Source of the DNA: Protoeuglena noctilucae
Taxonomy: Eukaryota
Reading direction: 5' to 3'
DNA: 64,000 nucleotides
NCBI GenBank assembly: GCA_958009085.1
Contig: OY253675.1
Span: forward strand, 806,001-870,000
Shown: positions 37,282 to 49,595 of the stretch, in pieces
Layout: each line of letters starts with the position of its first letter
How positions within the stretch are numbered: position 1 is the first letter of the stretch
The notes under the pieces: generated by a model
The model's database searches: none
Told to the model about the DNA's origin: nothing
The model's input: the letters and a program-made list of their open reading frames with translations, nothing else
Made by a program: the position numbers and the translations under genes

Positions 37282-40259
37282 ATGGGGGACAGGGCGGACG
37301 AGGAGGATCCCATGGGTCCGCCAGAAGAGGAGGGCGCCGGGCGTGAGTGCCCAACTCGATTCCCTCCTGTTCCTTGGCTGCAATGGCATGCTCGGACTCC
37401 TCGCGATTTCCTGCCTCATGCAGCTTCTCACGAGGACGTGGAAATCGAGCACTCGCGCAAGAGGCGCGCCGATTCGGAGGGGGAGGACGGGGCGGTGCCC
37501 GAGAAGCCCGAGAAGCGGTCTCGCAAGGAGAAATCCAGCAAAAAGGACAAGAAGAAGAAGAGAAAGAAGAAGGAGAAGTCGAAGAAGAAGAAGCGCGTCG
37601 TGAGCGACTCGGACGCCGAGGAGGTGGGCTGCGAGGGTGGACAGCGCAGCAGGGGACCTGGGGGAGCCGTTTGGAAGCAATTTCGCTGCCGCTTTGGCCG
37701 ACGTGCAGGGATATGTGTCCGATGACAGCGCGGAGATGGCCCCGGCCGAGGAGGAGGAGGCGGGAGGGAGGAGCGGCACACTGCTCTTTGGCGAGGGCGA
37801 GGGGGACTCGGACGACGACCAGTCGGACATCGCGTCGGAGGATTTGTTCGAGGACGACGACGACCGTGACCGTCTGGAGGCGCTGCCTGAGCTCGAGAGG
37901 GAGAAAGTGCTGGGAGAGCGTCGGGAGGCCATCCTGCAGGATCGGCAGCGTCGCAAGCTGCTCAGGCGAGCGAGGGTCGAGGGTTGAGCGCTGGGCGGCG
38001 ATGCTAGCTTGTTGCGCACGTGGCTGACGTCGAGCAAGTCGCCGCCTGCAGGATGGGCCGGGACACGCTCCCTGCCCCGGGCGAGGGGCGTCGGGGTGCC
38101 CGTGCGAGCACACGCAGCAAGCCCAAGACAGTGGCTGCCGAGGCGACGGACGCGCTGACGGAGATCCGCCACCGCAAGGACAAGGGGCGGGCCCGGACCA
38201 AGGTCTCGCTGGGCTCCGAGGCTGTCGTGGAGGTGCGAGGCTGCAGGCCGGCTTGTTACGAGTGATCCCTGCTGACGGCGGGCGACAGGGTGGGAGTGTG
38301 CGTGAGTATCGCAAATGTAGCCACGATGCGACTTTCTGCTGCAGGAAGCGGAGGGCGCTGCGGAGGAGGGCTACCGTTACCGGGATGACATGAGTGAGGA
38401 GGCTGGGGAAGACGAGGACGACGACAACCGCACCGAGGCGGCGCTGGCTGAGATCCGGAGCATCACTGTGACGCGGAAGCAGGTCGTCGCGGTGAGTTTC
38501 GCCGCGTTCATTCTGAACCAATGAACCTGGCGCTCCTGGCAGCCACGGCAGCGCGGCAGTCATGGCGTCATCCGCTGCACCCGACGCGCAGTGGCTCGAG
38601 TACCCGTGCTTTAAGGAGGTCATGATTGGGGCTCTGGTGCGAGTGAAGATGCCCATTAGTCAGAAGGAGCTGTTGCGAGCCAAGGAGCAGGGCCTTAAGC
38701 CGTGCATGTACCGGCTGGCGGAGGTGGTGGACATTGTGGAGCGGAAGGAGAGGTGAGGGCGTGGAGAGAACTGTTTTGAGCTCGATGCAGATGGTTTGTG
38801 ACCCCAGTTGCTCTCGACGCGGCAGCGGGACGGGACGGCCGCCGGCATCCCCCCCCGCGCAGCAAGGTGCGGGTCTTTACCGAGAGCTTCCCGTCGCCTT
38901 ATGAGCTGACCGAGGGTGGCGGCAAGACGCGCCTCTTCATGGTGCTCGCCATCGCCCAGCACCGCACCCTGTGCCCCTTCCGCTACGTGTCGGACCAGCC
39001 GGTGCAGGACGAGGAGTTTCTGCTCTTGAGAGACCAGCTCAAGGCGGAGGAGTCGAGGTGCGTGGAGCTGCTCAGCTTGCGTGGCTCACGGGGGATCGCA
39101 TGGGTGTGACGACCCTCACGCGCACTTCCCCACCCTCCGGGAGCCCTCAGAGAGCTCACGCACGGCTTCGTGCGCAAGGTGCGCGCACAGCTGCAGCGCG
39201 CCGAGCAGTTCCGGTGGACGGAGGAGGTGGTCCATGCCAAGCTGCGCGACCGGGGCGAGCGCAAGGCCGACGAAGTGGCGGAGAAGGCGCGGCTGCTGGA
39301 GAACCTGGAGGTGTGGTCCTCGGCGCTCGCGTGCCCGGAGATGCGCGCGGAGATGAGCGCACCTTTACGGTTTCTGCGTTTCCGAATGCGCAGGAGGCTC
39401 GCCAGCGAGGGGACTTGGAGCGCGTGGCCCGGGTCGAGGCGGAGCTTGCGGAGGTCGAGGCGCGCCTGACCCAGAGGCTCTCGGAGCGCAGCAAGGCGGC
39501 CCTCGAGAACATCAACAAGCGCAACTTGCAGGCCAACCACTCGAACATCCTCAAGGGCGTCGGCTTCCGGTGAGGCCTGCGCCGGGGCCGGCGAGGTTTC
39601 TATGGGACGCGTTTCGTCACATATGCACATGTCCACACTTTGTGTCCCTGGTTGCAGGTTAGACGGAACTCAGCTGCCCGAGTCGTGGGTAAGGAGGCGC
39701 GAGGTGCCCATGCAGATTTTCGGGAAGGGCTCCGAGGACCAGGCAGGGGCCACGGCAGGCGCAGCAAACGGAGGTGAGTGCATGGCTGGACAGGCGCGAC
39801 GCGCTCCAAAACGTTGGATCGCTTGCTGGTGGGGGCCAATGGTGCTGAGAGTAACTTGCTTTGCCGCAGTGGCCACGGGGGCCATGGGCGCCCATGCAGT
39901 GGCGGAGGATGGTGGTGCTGCCGATGACAACCCGGAGAGGCTGAGGGCGGTGCTCGGCGCGCTGGACGTGGCGAAAGTGCAGGCCGCTCGTTCCGCCGCG
40001 GCCACGGCGCCCGGAGTGGCAGGCGAGGGTTGGCAGTGTACGTGGCAGCCAGCGTGGGCCGCCAGCTGAGGTGACCAGCTAGCAGCCCGCTGTTGCTCCC
40101 ATGAACCTGTCCCCCCTCCCCATCCCTGCAGCTGGGCGGATGTGCGTGGGCCCCAACTGGCTCGCTGGCCTAACGGAGCGGCACGCGGAGCTGGAGAGCG
40201 CGAGCAAGATGTCTCTCGACGAGTACCAGCTGCGCGTGGAGCGGGCAGCGGCCTCTTGA
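37282..40259 (+). CDS. RTF1: RTF1/VIP5 Paf1 complex subunit with Plus3 domain (multi-exon)
   Basis: DDDRDRLEALPELEREKVLGER; ITVTRKQV..WLEYPCFKEVMIGALVRV; YRLAEVV; VSDQP; ALENINKRN; C-terminal MSLDEYQ. Confidence 0.82.
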
Positions 40260-40353
40260 CGCGGACAACCGTCCACTCTTCGTTAAACGACTGGAGTCTG
40301 CTACTCGCGCATGCGGCTTGCTAGAAGGGCTGGAGCCCGACCCGTCACGCGGC

Positions 40354-41051
40354 TCAGAAGAGCGTCACGAACGCGAGGGCGGCGACCACCGCGACGCCAG
40401 ACACGATGGCGCGCGCCGCGTTGGAGTTGACCAGCACGTTGCAGTTGTTGTCCGTGCAGCACGAGATGGCGCTGGCGACGGAGAAGGACTCGCCCCTGTG
40501 GGCAGAGAGAAGGACTGCTCATCTCAGAATTGCGCGTCAGCTGCCGGTACAGTCCCGGCGCCCGTCGCTTTTCTCACGTCTGCTTCGTGTAGGGGGAGTA
40601 GGGCGTCGTGTCGGTGGCGTTGAAGTGGGCCGTGGTGGACGCATCCGACTGGCACGCGAGGGAGGGGAGGCAGCCCACGGGCAGGGCCAGGTAGCCGTCG
40701 ATGGCGTTGCCATTGCTGTCCTTGGCCCTGCACATGGCACGGTGGCGTTCGATCGCCGGCGTTCGATTTTCGGAGGAGGTCGGCTAGGCTGCCTGGGGGA
40801 CCCAGCGCTCACTTGGTCACGGCGTCAGCGCAGTAGTTCGTCAGGTACGTGTTGTCGCACGTCACCGACGTGATGTTGGCGTTCTTGTACACGCAGTCCT
40901 TCGCCGCGCTCCAGCTCGTCTGGTTGGAGCACTTGGACGTCTGCACGCTGTCGAGGTTGTTGGTGTACTTGCACGTCGTCGAGGCCGCGGCGGCAGCGAA
41001 GCCCGCCAGGGCAAGCACCGCGACGGTGCCGACAGCGAACTTCCGGTCCAT
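40354..41051 (-). CDS. 126-aa secreted, probably GPI-anchored 8-Cys protein, Ly6/uPAR (three-finger)-like; 2 exons (41051-40813, 40495-40354)
   Basis: Signal peptide MDRKFAVGTVAVLALAGFAAAA; eight Cys ending in CCTDNNCN; hydrophobic tail AIVSGVAVVAALAFVTLF*. Confidence 0.75.
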
Positions 41052-41844
41052 GGTGCCTGCGTGCGCGAGGGCCGAGTTCTCGTTCCAACCTTGTAGGAGG
41101 TGCTCCACCGGCGCAGGACCGCTGAAAGGACCGCGATCGCGGTCTATTGCCTCTTAAAACCCGATCACACCCGTTTCTTTACGAAACGGCCGCCCTTCGC
41201 TCAGCGATCGCCGCGAATGGCCCGACATGGCCGCCCGGCAGCGGGGCCGCAAATTCGAGCCCACAGAGCGATCGCGTCCCGGCGCGGGAAAGAAAACCAC
41301 GGATTGAAGCCCGAGCCGGGCAGTAACAGAGCGCATGAGCCCTGGGACGGGCGCTAATCGCCAACGAACCCGGAACAGGACGTTCGGCCCCCTGGCCGAA
41401 ATCGCCCGCATTTCCGGGCGGCCGAGCGAACCGCGGCACCATTGGAAACAGAGGAACTCAGGGCAGGGTCGGGGAGCGCGGCAGGGCGGCCGGGGGCCGC
41501 AAGGTCGGCCCGCATGCCGGGGCAGGCCTTTCCGTCGCGGGCGGCAACCCCGCGCGACAGATGGACTGGCAGCCGCAATTGGCTTGCTCTGGTCATCGTG
41601 GGGACGGCACAGAGCTGGTACGCGAGGCGCAGGGGAGCGGGTGGACAGCGCGGCGCACCTTGAGAGAACCCTGCAGACTCAGCGGCTGCTGCGAGTGTAA
41701 AGTTCAAATTTGACTCCGCTCACGGAGCCGGGGACCCGGAAGAGGTCCCTGCTGCACGGGCTGGGCCCACCCCCTGACAGCTTGGCGTCAGAGACTCAGA
41801 GAGAAAGCCGCGTGGCGGCATCTGCAGCCTCAGCTCGCCCGTCG

Positions 41845-43528
41845 TCATTCTCCCGCAGCCGCGACTTGTGCAGCGGAGGCCCGCTTTGCGATCAGCCCCG
41901 CTCTCAGGCCATCGGCGACCGCCTGGACCCACTGCGCGACGAGGAAATCCGGCCAGGGGGCCCCGCGCAAGCCGTTCTCTTGACAGAGCCATCCGAGGTG
42001 TCCACCCGTCTCCGTGGTGACCTGCGCGACGAGCGGGGTCAAGTGAACCGAGATCAGGGCTCCACTGCGGTGCCGGTGTCGCACTTCTCAAACAAAGCGT
42101 ATGTCGCACTTCTCAAGCAAAGCGTACGCCACTCAGTGTCACCAGGACGCAGTGGGGGTTGGCTTGGATGGCATCGTACGGAATGGCCTCCGCTGGCGCG
42201 ATGGGATCGTCCAGCGCCTGCACGCACAGCAGGGGGACCGCCACGCGGGGGATGGCGTGGCACGACCCCGAGAGAGCGTAGTACTCGTCAACGCTCTGCC
42301 ACTTGAAGACTCGGTGCGTGACGGCCTCGTCGAACTCCCGGATGCTGCGGCACTCGGCCGCGAGCTCCACCATCACAGAGCCCTCCTGGAACAGGCCCAT
42401 GTGCTTGCGAAAGATGCGGCGGAGGTTGCCGGCCAAGTTGGCGTCGTAGACCTTGCAGAAGCCCCGGCTGATGTGCTGGTTGGAAATGGTCAGGTCGAAC
42501 GGGTTGCTGGGGGCGGAAGGATGCGAGCCAGGCATGGGCAGGAGGTGTCACCTATGCAAAACATGGACCAGGCAAGCATCGGCAGGGGCACGCACCACAG
42601 CGACACGGCTGCCGCGAGCTTGCTTTCCGTCTCCTGCTCCCCGAGGTAGTTGACCAGAATGTTGGCGCCCAGGGACCACCCCACGCCGACGAGCGTGGCA
42701 TGGGGGAACTTGCCGGAAACGTGGTCGACGACGAGGCCCGCGTCGCCGGTGAATGATGCTGAGTAGAACTGCGCAGAGGGCCGGGGGAAGGCGTCGCCCA
42801 CGCCCCTCACTCGCTCACGGCTCTCTAAGGCGGCACCGACGGACCTGGGGAGACGTGACTGGGCTGTCACTGGTGCCGCGGCTGTTGAAGACGACGGACA
42901 GGATGCCGAACGCCCACAGACGCTGGATCATGTACTGCACGTACGTGTCTCCACTGCCCCCCGTCAGACCTGGCACGGGCGGGCAAACCAAAGGTGAGTT
43001 GCCTGATTCATTGCTCACCACCCAGGTGCCAGCGAGCACCCAGCCATGACTCACCCGGGAAGAGGATGACGAGCGGGGCGTCATCGCTGACCATGCCTGC
43101 CTCCAGCGCTCGGACCTGCTCCCATGGCCAGTCTAGTGCCACGACGCCCCCGTCTGGAGTCGGCAGCAGCTCCCGCCGGTACGTGAAACCGAGCTTGCGT
43201 CGGAAGAGGGCAGCCGCAATGGTCTCGACGTGCCGGTTCGTGAAAAAGGGCAGGGGCTTTACGGGGCGCCGCAGATGCTCGAGCTTCGCCACCAGCGCCT
43301 CGTTCGTGGGCGTGCTCTGCGGCAAGCAGAACAGCACCTGGTCAAAGAACGGCGACAGAGCAGCAGATGCCAATGACAATCGGTCGCTTCCGATCTTCGA
43401 TGCGCGCCGCCCACCTGATAGTGGACGTGTGGCAAGCACGTCTTCCTCTGTGCGTCGAGGAGTGCCGCCGCGGTGCCTAACCCCGTTGCGCCTATCGCTG
43501 CTGTCGCCAACTTGCTGCCAGACCACAT
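41845..43528 (-). CDS. Alpha/beta hydrolase, ABHD1/3-YheT-EMB8 family (multi-exon)
   Basis: NRHVETI, PDGGVVALDW, PGLTGGS, VVFNSRG, GWSLGANILVNYLGE, REFDEAVT, QALDDP and GGHLGW. Confidence 0.88.
42077..42126. repeat. 25-bp tandem duplication inside an intron
   Basis: TGTCGCACTTCTCAAACAAAGCGTA followed by TGTCGCACTTCTCAAGCAAAGCGTA (1 mismatch). Confidence 0.85.
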
Positions 43529-43968
43529 GCTCGACGAAGCCCTGCGGCCGCGCCTCGCGAATGGCTGGCGAGACAATGACGAGCACTGCACGAGTGATGC
43601 AGAGAGTCGACAGCTCTCAGCGAAACGAGCTATGGACGCGGAGTGTTTATTGCCACCCTTGGGAGTTGTTGCGCCCAAGAGAACCTCGCTAGCTCGTCGC
43701 TGTGTCGTAGCGCCAGAGGGATTTGTCAGCGGCTGGCACTGCAGGTGTTAAAGAGCTGCGCTACTTATGACCCCTGCTTAGCAATCCAATAACCAGGGGC
43801 CTGGATGGTGCGTGTACTGCGAGTCAATCAGGGTGGCTTGCCTGGAGTTTTCTTCTCCCTCAGCTCAGCCAGAAAAGCCAACTCGTCTTCGTCCACACGT
43901 CGACGGGCAGCCTAGCGACAGATCCCTCGCGGCGGAGCCGGGCGAGCGCGCCCGGCGTGGTGCGTGCC

Positions 43969-45313
43969 ATGCGGCGTTCGCAACTCCTGCTCCTCAGGCT
44001 CGCGCGAGCGGGCGTGCCGGCCGTGCAAGATGGTGCTCTGCGTGCAGCATGGAGGTGTACGAGCGACGGAGCGGGCTTCGCGAGCTTGGTACGTGCGCAA
44101 CAGACACGTCCTCTTTTGGGCATGCCCGAGCACCCCAGGCGCTTGGCATGCCCGATGGAGGCGTCCGATCGCAACTTAGACTTAATGAGCCTGGATTCAT
44201 GGGGTCTCGCCTGTCGCTCACTGCGCGCAGGCTACGCGTGGAGTGCGGGACTTGCCATGCTTTGCGGCACATCGCGCGCCGGCCCGATGGCTCGCGTCCG
44301 CTGCGGGTGCTCATGCAGACGTGAAGATCCCGTCGTTGGGGGAGTCCATCAGGCGAGACGAGTGTGCATGTCGGGCGCTGCGGCCACGTTGACTGCGAAG
44401 CTCGCTTTGGCGGCGAGAGGCCCGCGATTGCCGGCCGCAGTGACGGCGTCATATGCGCTGTGCTCAAGAACGTCGGCGACAGTGTCGGTGTGGACGAGAC
44501 CATCGCCCAGATCGAGACCGATAAGGTCACGGTCGACATCAAGGCGCCCAGTGCCGGCACGCTTGCGGAGATTCTCGTGCGGAAGGAAGACACCGTGACG
44601 GGTGAGACAGGAAGAATGCGGCGTTGTGGGAGGCTGCGCTTTCATGCGTCCCTTATTTTTGGACCTGTGGCTTGCGACCTGGGCACCGCAGTGGGCCAGG
44701 TCATCGCGCGGGTGGGGCCTGCCCAGGACGGCGCCGGGGCGGGGAGCGGCAAGGAGCGCCGCAAAGCCCAGGAGCACGGGGCGGACGACAGACACGCGGC
44801 CGGACAGGACCCCAGCGCGCCTTCGTCCGGGGCCACGGCGACGCCTCCTAGGGTGGAGGGCGGGATGCACGCACACGCGGCGCACGCGGGGAGGACTCCG
44901 TCCCTTCGCTTCCCGCCTCGGGTGGCGCCCGACGGTCGGCGCATCAGCGACCTGCCTGCGAGCGAAGCCGCCAAGTACAAGGTGAGGAATCCCTGGGAGA
45001 TGCTATCTGCGACCTGGCCTGGGGGCTTGGCATGCGGCATGTCCCACGACCAAAGTACCCGTCACTTGCCTCGCAGGAGGGCGCCCACGGCGAGGCGCGG
45101 GCCCCGGCCAGTGCCCCGCCCCCCGGCGCAGCGCCTCGGACGTCCGCGCCCAGCTCTGGCGCGGCCATTCAAGTGACGTCCGTCGGCGGAGTGCAAACGA
45201 TGTACCTGGACACTGCTCCGCCGCGGCTGCCCTTGACGGATGCAGAGATCGAGGTTGTCAACCTGGGTGGGGCGATGCCTGACCCCCCCAAGCCTTCTCC
45301 TAAGAAGAAGTAA
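43969..45313 (+). CDS. Mitochondrial lipoyl-domain protein with KGD4/MRPS36-like C-terminus and no E2 catalytic domain (multi-exon)
   Basis: Arg-rich presequence; lipoyl domain VKIPSLGESISDG...IETDKVTVDIKAPSAG; then RTPSLRFPPR and RLPLTDAEIEVVNLGGA, followed by a stop. Confidence 0.72.
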
Positions 45314-45555
45314 GAACCAACATTTGACGTCCGTAGGAGGCAATCTAATGCTCCGGCTATGCATATGAATGCAAATCGTGCCATCCGGGGTCTCGTTCGT
45401 GAAATGCCTGGCATTTTGCGACCTTGCGTGCCGCAGCTGGAAGCTCCCCATGGTCCCCTGCTTCATTTGGAGACCTTTGTGTACATACTACGAACTATGG
45501 TTCTTGATAGGCTCTCTGAATATCGCGCGAGACGAGTCACGACGCGGGTGCAGTC

Positions 45556-46702
45556 ATGGGGCTGTGCGGGTGCTGCGGCGGGTCGGGTGAGGAAGATGCG
45601 GGGCCCAAGGCGGGCGCGACGAGCCCCCCGGTTTTGACAAAGCCGAAAGCAGGCCAGTCCGGGTACGCCGGCGAAGGGCAGAGCCTGCTGCTCCGCGTTG
45701 CGCATGCGATGCATCTCGACGACAACCGCGGCGGGTGGGGGTACGAGGCCACCATCACGGCCACGGCGATCAACGTTATCATCTATGTTCTCGATCACGT
45801 GAGGACGACGTGGGGCCGCAGGCGACGCGGTCAACCCATTGTCATGCCGTGCGTTGCAGTGCGTGCAATAGAAGCCGCCTCTTCCCTGTGCCCTCTCACA
45901 CGCGTGCCGCACTCATACGCGCGTGCAGATCCTCCACGTGCCCTTCATCCAGCGGCTTTATCTGAGCCCCAACAGTATGGCCTGGTACCAGTTCCTCACC
46001 TGCTGCTTTTGCCACGCCAGCTGGGCCCATCTGTCTGGCAACATGTTCAATCTCCTCTTCTTCGGGCGGATGATCGAGGAGGACAAGGGCCCCGTGGCGT
46101 TCTGGGTCACCTACGTGGTCTCTGGCGTCGGGGGGTCCATCTTGCACTACATCCTCTCCGGGAACACGGCGAGTGATTGTGGGCGAACATCTGCTGCCCC
46201 TGGCACCTACCATGCCCCATGCATGTTATTAGCATGGCCACACTTCAGAGGTGCACACAAGCCACTTGCTTGCAATGCAGGGACTGCGAGGGGCGTCGGG
46301 TGCGATCTACGGCATGTTCGTCGTGGCGGTCTTGCTGAAGCTCGAGGCCTCGGTGGGCAAGATGCTCGAGGTACTCATCCTTGGTCAGTACATGATCACC
46401 CAAGTGCTGAGCGAGGTGCAGGCGCAGTTCTTGGGCAAGGACCCCGGCGTCAGCCACCTGGGCCACCTGGGCGGGGCCACGGCAGGCGCTCTGATGATCT
46501 TCCTGCTCATGAGGGCAGTCAGGTGCGACGCGACTTTCGCATGTCCATACCTGGAGATAACTAGCTCACCTACTGCCACTGCGACTGCCTCTGCCTCTGA
46601 CTCCCACCGACGCTCCGCATGCGCCACAGGGCGGCCAAGAGGAACGCGGCCATCGCCGCACAGGCGGCCCGGACGAAGGGCTGGCCGAGGAAGGCAGCGT
46701 AG
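45556..46702 (+). CDS. Rhomboid intramembrane serine protease (multi-exon)
   Basis: WYQFLTCCFCHASWAHLSGNM, GASGAIYG (catalytic Ser) and VSHLGHLGGA (catalytic His). Confidence 0.88.
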
Positions 46703-46953
46703 CACGAGAGCATGGGAGGTGGCCCTGGTCCTCTACTGTTCAAAACGCAAGGCGCAGCTAGTGTCCAAGGGAAGAGCACCGCCGCTCAAAGCTGACACCA
46801 ACCTGCCGAATGCTGGCTGCTTTCGCGCGCGTGGTTGGCCGGATGCAGAGGCTCGGGCTGTCTCATCCCTCGGCGGCCGTCTCAGTCGCGGCATCGAGCC
46901 CCGCGCTGGCCCATTGGGGAGGGCAAAGGGAAGCGTGTACCAGGCATCATAGA

Positions 46954-49252
46954 TCAGATATCGGCGTCCATCATGTCCACCTCCTGCGTCGACTTCTTCT
47001 TGCCCGCCGGCGCCTTCATCGCGTCCCGGATGATGGCCTGCGACGGTCCGCGAAGAATCTGCAGCGTTCGAGCGACCCCGACGCCGCCGTGTGCTCGAAC
47101 ACCACCAGCGAGATCGCGCCACAGCCACTGAGCGTCGCTGGGAGCTAACAGCCAATGCCCCTCCCACTGCCTTGCCTGGATTTCCTCCTCAGACTGCATG
47201 TCCATGTGGCGCTTGCTCACGTCCTTGTCCTTCTTGCCGATGCCCAGCTTGGACAGGAAGCCCGTCTTGTCCCCCTTGCCCTCCACCTCGGCCTTGAGGT
47301 CCGACGGGAGGTTCTTCAAGAACCACGGGTGCCTCTTGATCTCGTCAATCGTGATCCTGCAGACGCGACGAGGCGCAGCGGCGGTCGCCTCGACCGCAGG
47401 GTGGGGCGCGCGCAACGGGACGCTCGCCACCCTCGCCCCCCATCGCAGCGCAGGACGACGGCATGGCACTCAGGAAGCCCCCGGGACGAGTCCGCTGCCC
47501 TGCTGTGCTGCCCCTGCCACCTCTCGCCTCTTGGTGGGGTCTGCCACGAAGATGGCCTCCAGCAGCTGCCGGCACTCGGGGGAGATGTGGACGTAGGACG
47601 GGATGGTGTACGACACGGCCATGATGCGCTGAATCGTCTTGCGGAAGTTTCGGGGGTCATCCGGGTCCTCGAAAGGGTACGCCCCCGCCAGCATCACGTA
47701 CAGCGTCACCCTGCGGCAGGGCGGGCACGAGGACGTCTCTCAGGCAACCCCGCGCTCCCCAGCTAGCTTGCACCTGCCAGTGCCAGCTGCGTCAAAGTGT
47801 CTCTACCTGTCCAGACGAGACTTCACTCACCCCAGCGACCACACGTCGGCGGTCTCTCCCTTGTACTCCTTGCGCTGCAGCACCTCGGGCGCGATGTAGG
47901 CCGGCGTGCCCACGGTAGACTTGGGCGCCGAGTGCGCCAGGGCGCTCTTGGAGTACCCGAAGTCGCAGATCTTCACCTTGGGCTGAGGCGAGCCGTCCAG
48001 GAGCGTGTTCTCGAGCTGAGGAGAGGAAAGGCGGGCAGGTCTGCTGCAACGCATCGCCACACTCTGCTGCAATGTGGGCTTCGGCAGACAGGCACGCGGG
48101 CGTCTCGCAGACGAGGCGCGGTGCACATGAACCTACTCGCTAGCCTCACCTTGAGGTCACGGTGGCACACGCCGGACTGGTGGCAGTAGGAGACACCGGC
48201 AATGAGCTGCTGGAAGAAGTAGCGCGCCTCCTCCTCCGAAAAGCGCCCCGCAGCGGCGATGCGGTCGAAGAGCTCCCCACCTGCTGCGTACTGCGGGCAG
48301 GAGCGGGCGAAGACGGGGGCTGAGTTGCACCGCAGGGCTGCAAGGAGCGGCTTTGGGCGGATGGGATGCAATGTGCGCGTGCGATGGCCAAGATGCTTCG
48401 CAAAACGAGGTAGCGAGGCGCCGCCTCGCCTCCATCACGATGCAGAGGTCAGTGTCTGTCAAGAAGACGCGACGGAAGCCCACGATGTTGCGGTGCGTCA
48501 GCTGGCGGTGATTCAGGATCTCTCGCTCTACATTTTTGTCGATCTTGTCGCCCCTGCGAGAAATCGATGGCGTCGCGGGGCGTGGGTGCGGGCGGGCGGC
48601 CGCCAGCCACCGCCCTGCCTGCACCAAGCCCTGCTCCGCACCGCTCGATAAACTTGATGGCGACTGTGTCCCCAGTCTTCTTGTCCTTCGCGAGATACGT
48701 CACTCCGAAGTTCCCGCTCCCAATCTCCTTCAGCTGCGGGGGCAAGCGCGGCGGCGGAAGCCTCATGCACGTGGAGGAGCAGGCTCCCAGGTACCCTGGC
48801 CGGCGCGCCGAAGAGCAGGCCCGCGGAAGGGCACGCGCCAGTCCCGGACAAGGACGCCGCACACCGGTGCGGCTCTATCACGGCCCCACGCAGCACGCCG
48901 GGCCAGCATGACAACATTGCACGCTGAGGGGGCCTGCCGGCGGGCTGCGCCGAAGATAACTGGCCTCGTCGCGTGCACGTTGCGTTCTCGAGACAGTCAT
49001 GCGAGATGGCGATGCGCGGGCGCTGGAATAAACCCCACAGCGGGCCCGGGACGGCCGAAAGGTCGCCGGATGCCACTTGGCCGTGGGGAGGCCCGGGGAG
49101 CAGGCGCGTCGACTCCCCGAGCACAGCCCGCACGCGACGTGGGGAGGTGAATGCCCAGCTCTCGCCCCAGCTGTCCAGGGAAAGGGGGGCGAAACTGGCC
49201 CGTCAACTCGAGGTGGTGAGCTCACCAGCTGGTAGTTTTCCACCTCCTTCAT
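46954..49252 (-). CDS. SnRK2: SnRK2-family Ser/Thr kinase (multi-exon)
   Basis: [85 protein letters not shown] and HPWFLKNLP. Confidence 0.94.
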
Positions 49253-49595
49253 CTCGCGCGCTCCGCCTTATCGGCCGAAACGGCGGATGGGTGCGGCGGG
49301 GCGGGTGGCGCTTCCAGAGATCACGAGCGAGGCCACCTTCGAGATATTCAGCAGAATTCGCAAGGATCGGATCGGACGACGAGTGCGCCTTTGAATGCGT
49401 CACGCGTCCCCTCCAATCGCGGCAGTCAACGGGCGCCAAGTGTGCCAGTAAACATATCAGCACTGAGTCAGCAAGTTGTGTTTCTGATGCCATGCAATTC
49501 TGCCAGTCAGCAAGAAACTCGCGGCGAATCGCGTGGTGAGACGTGAGAAGGGCCGTGACGAGGCGCTCCCCGCACCCTCCGACTGCGAATTCGCA

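Noticed and set aside
37530..37595. AAG-rich microsatellite
   Set aside because: It is a poly-Lys coding tract of RTF1.
43969..45313. Full-length or pseudogenised DLST (E2o)
   Set aside because: There is no catalytic domain remnant, and the gene ends cleanly in KGD4-like motifs.
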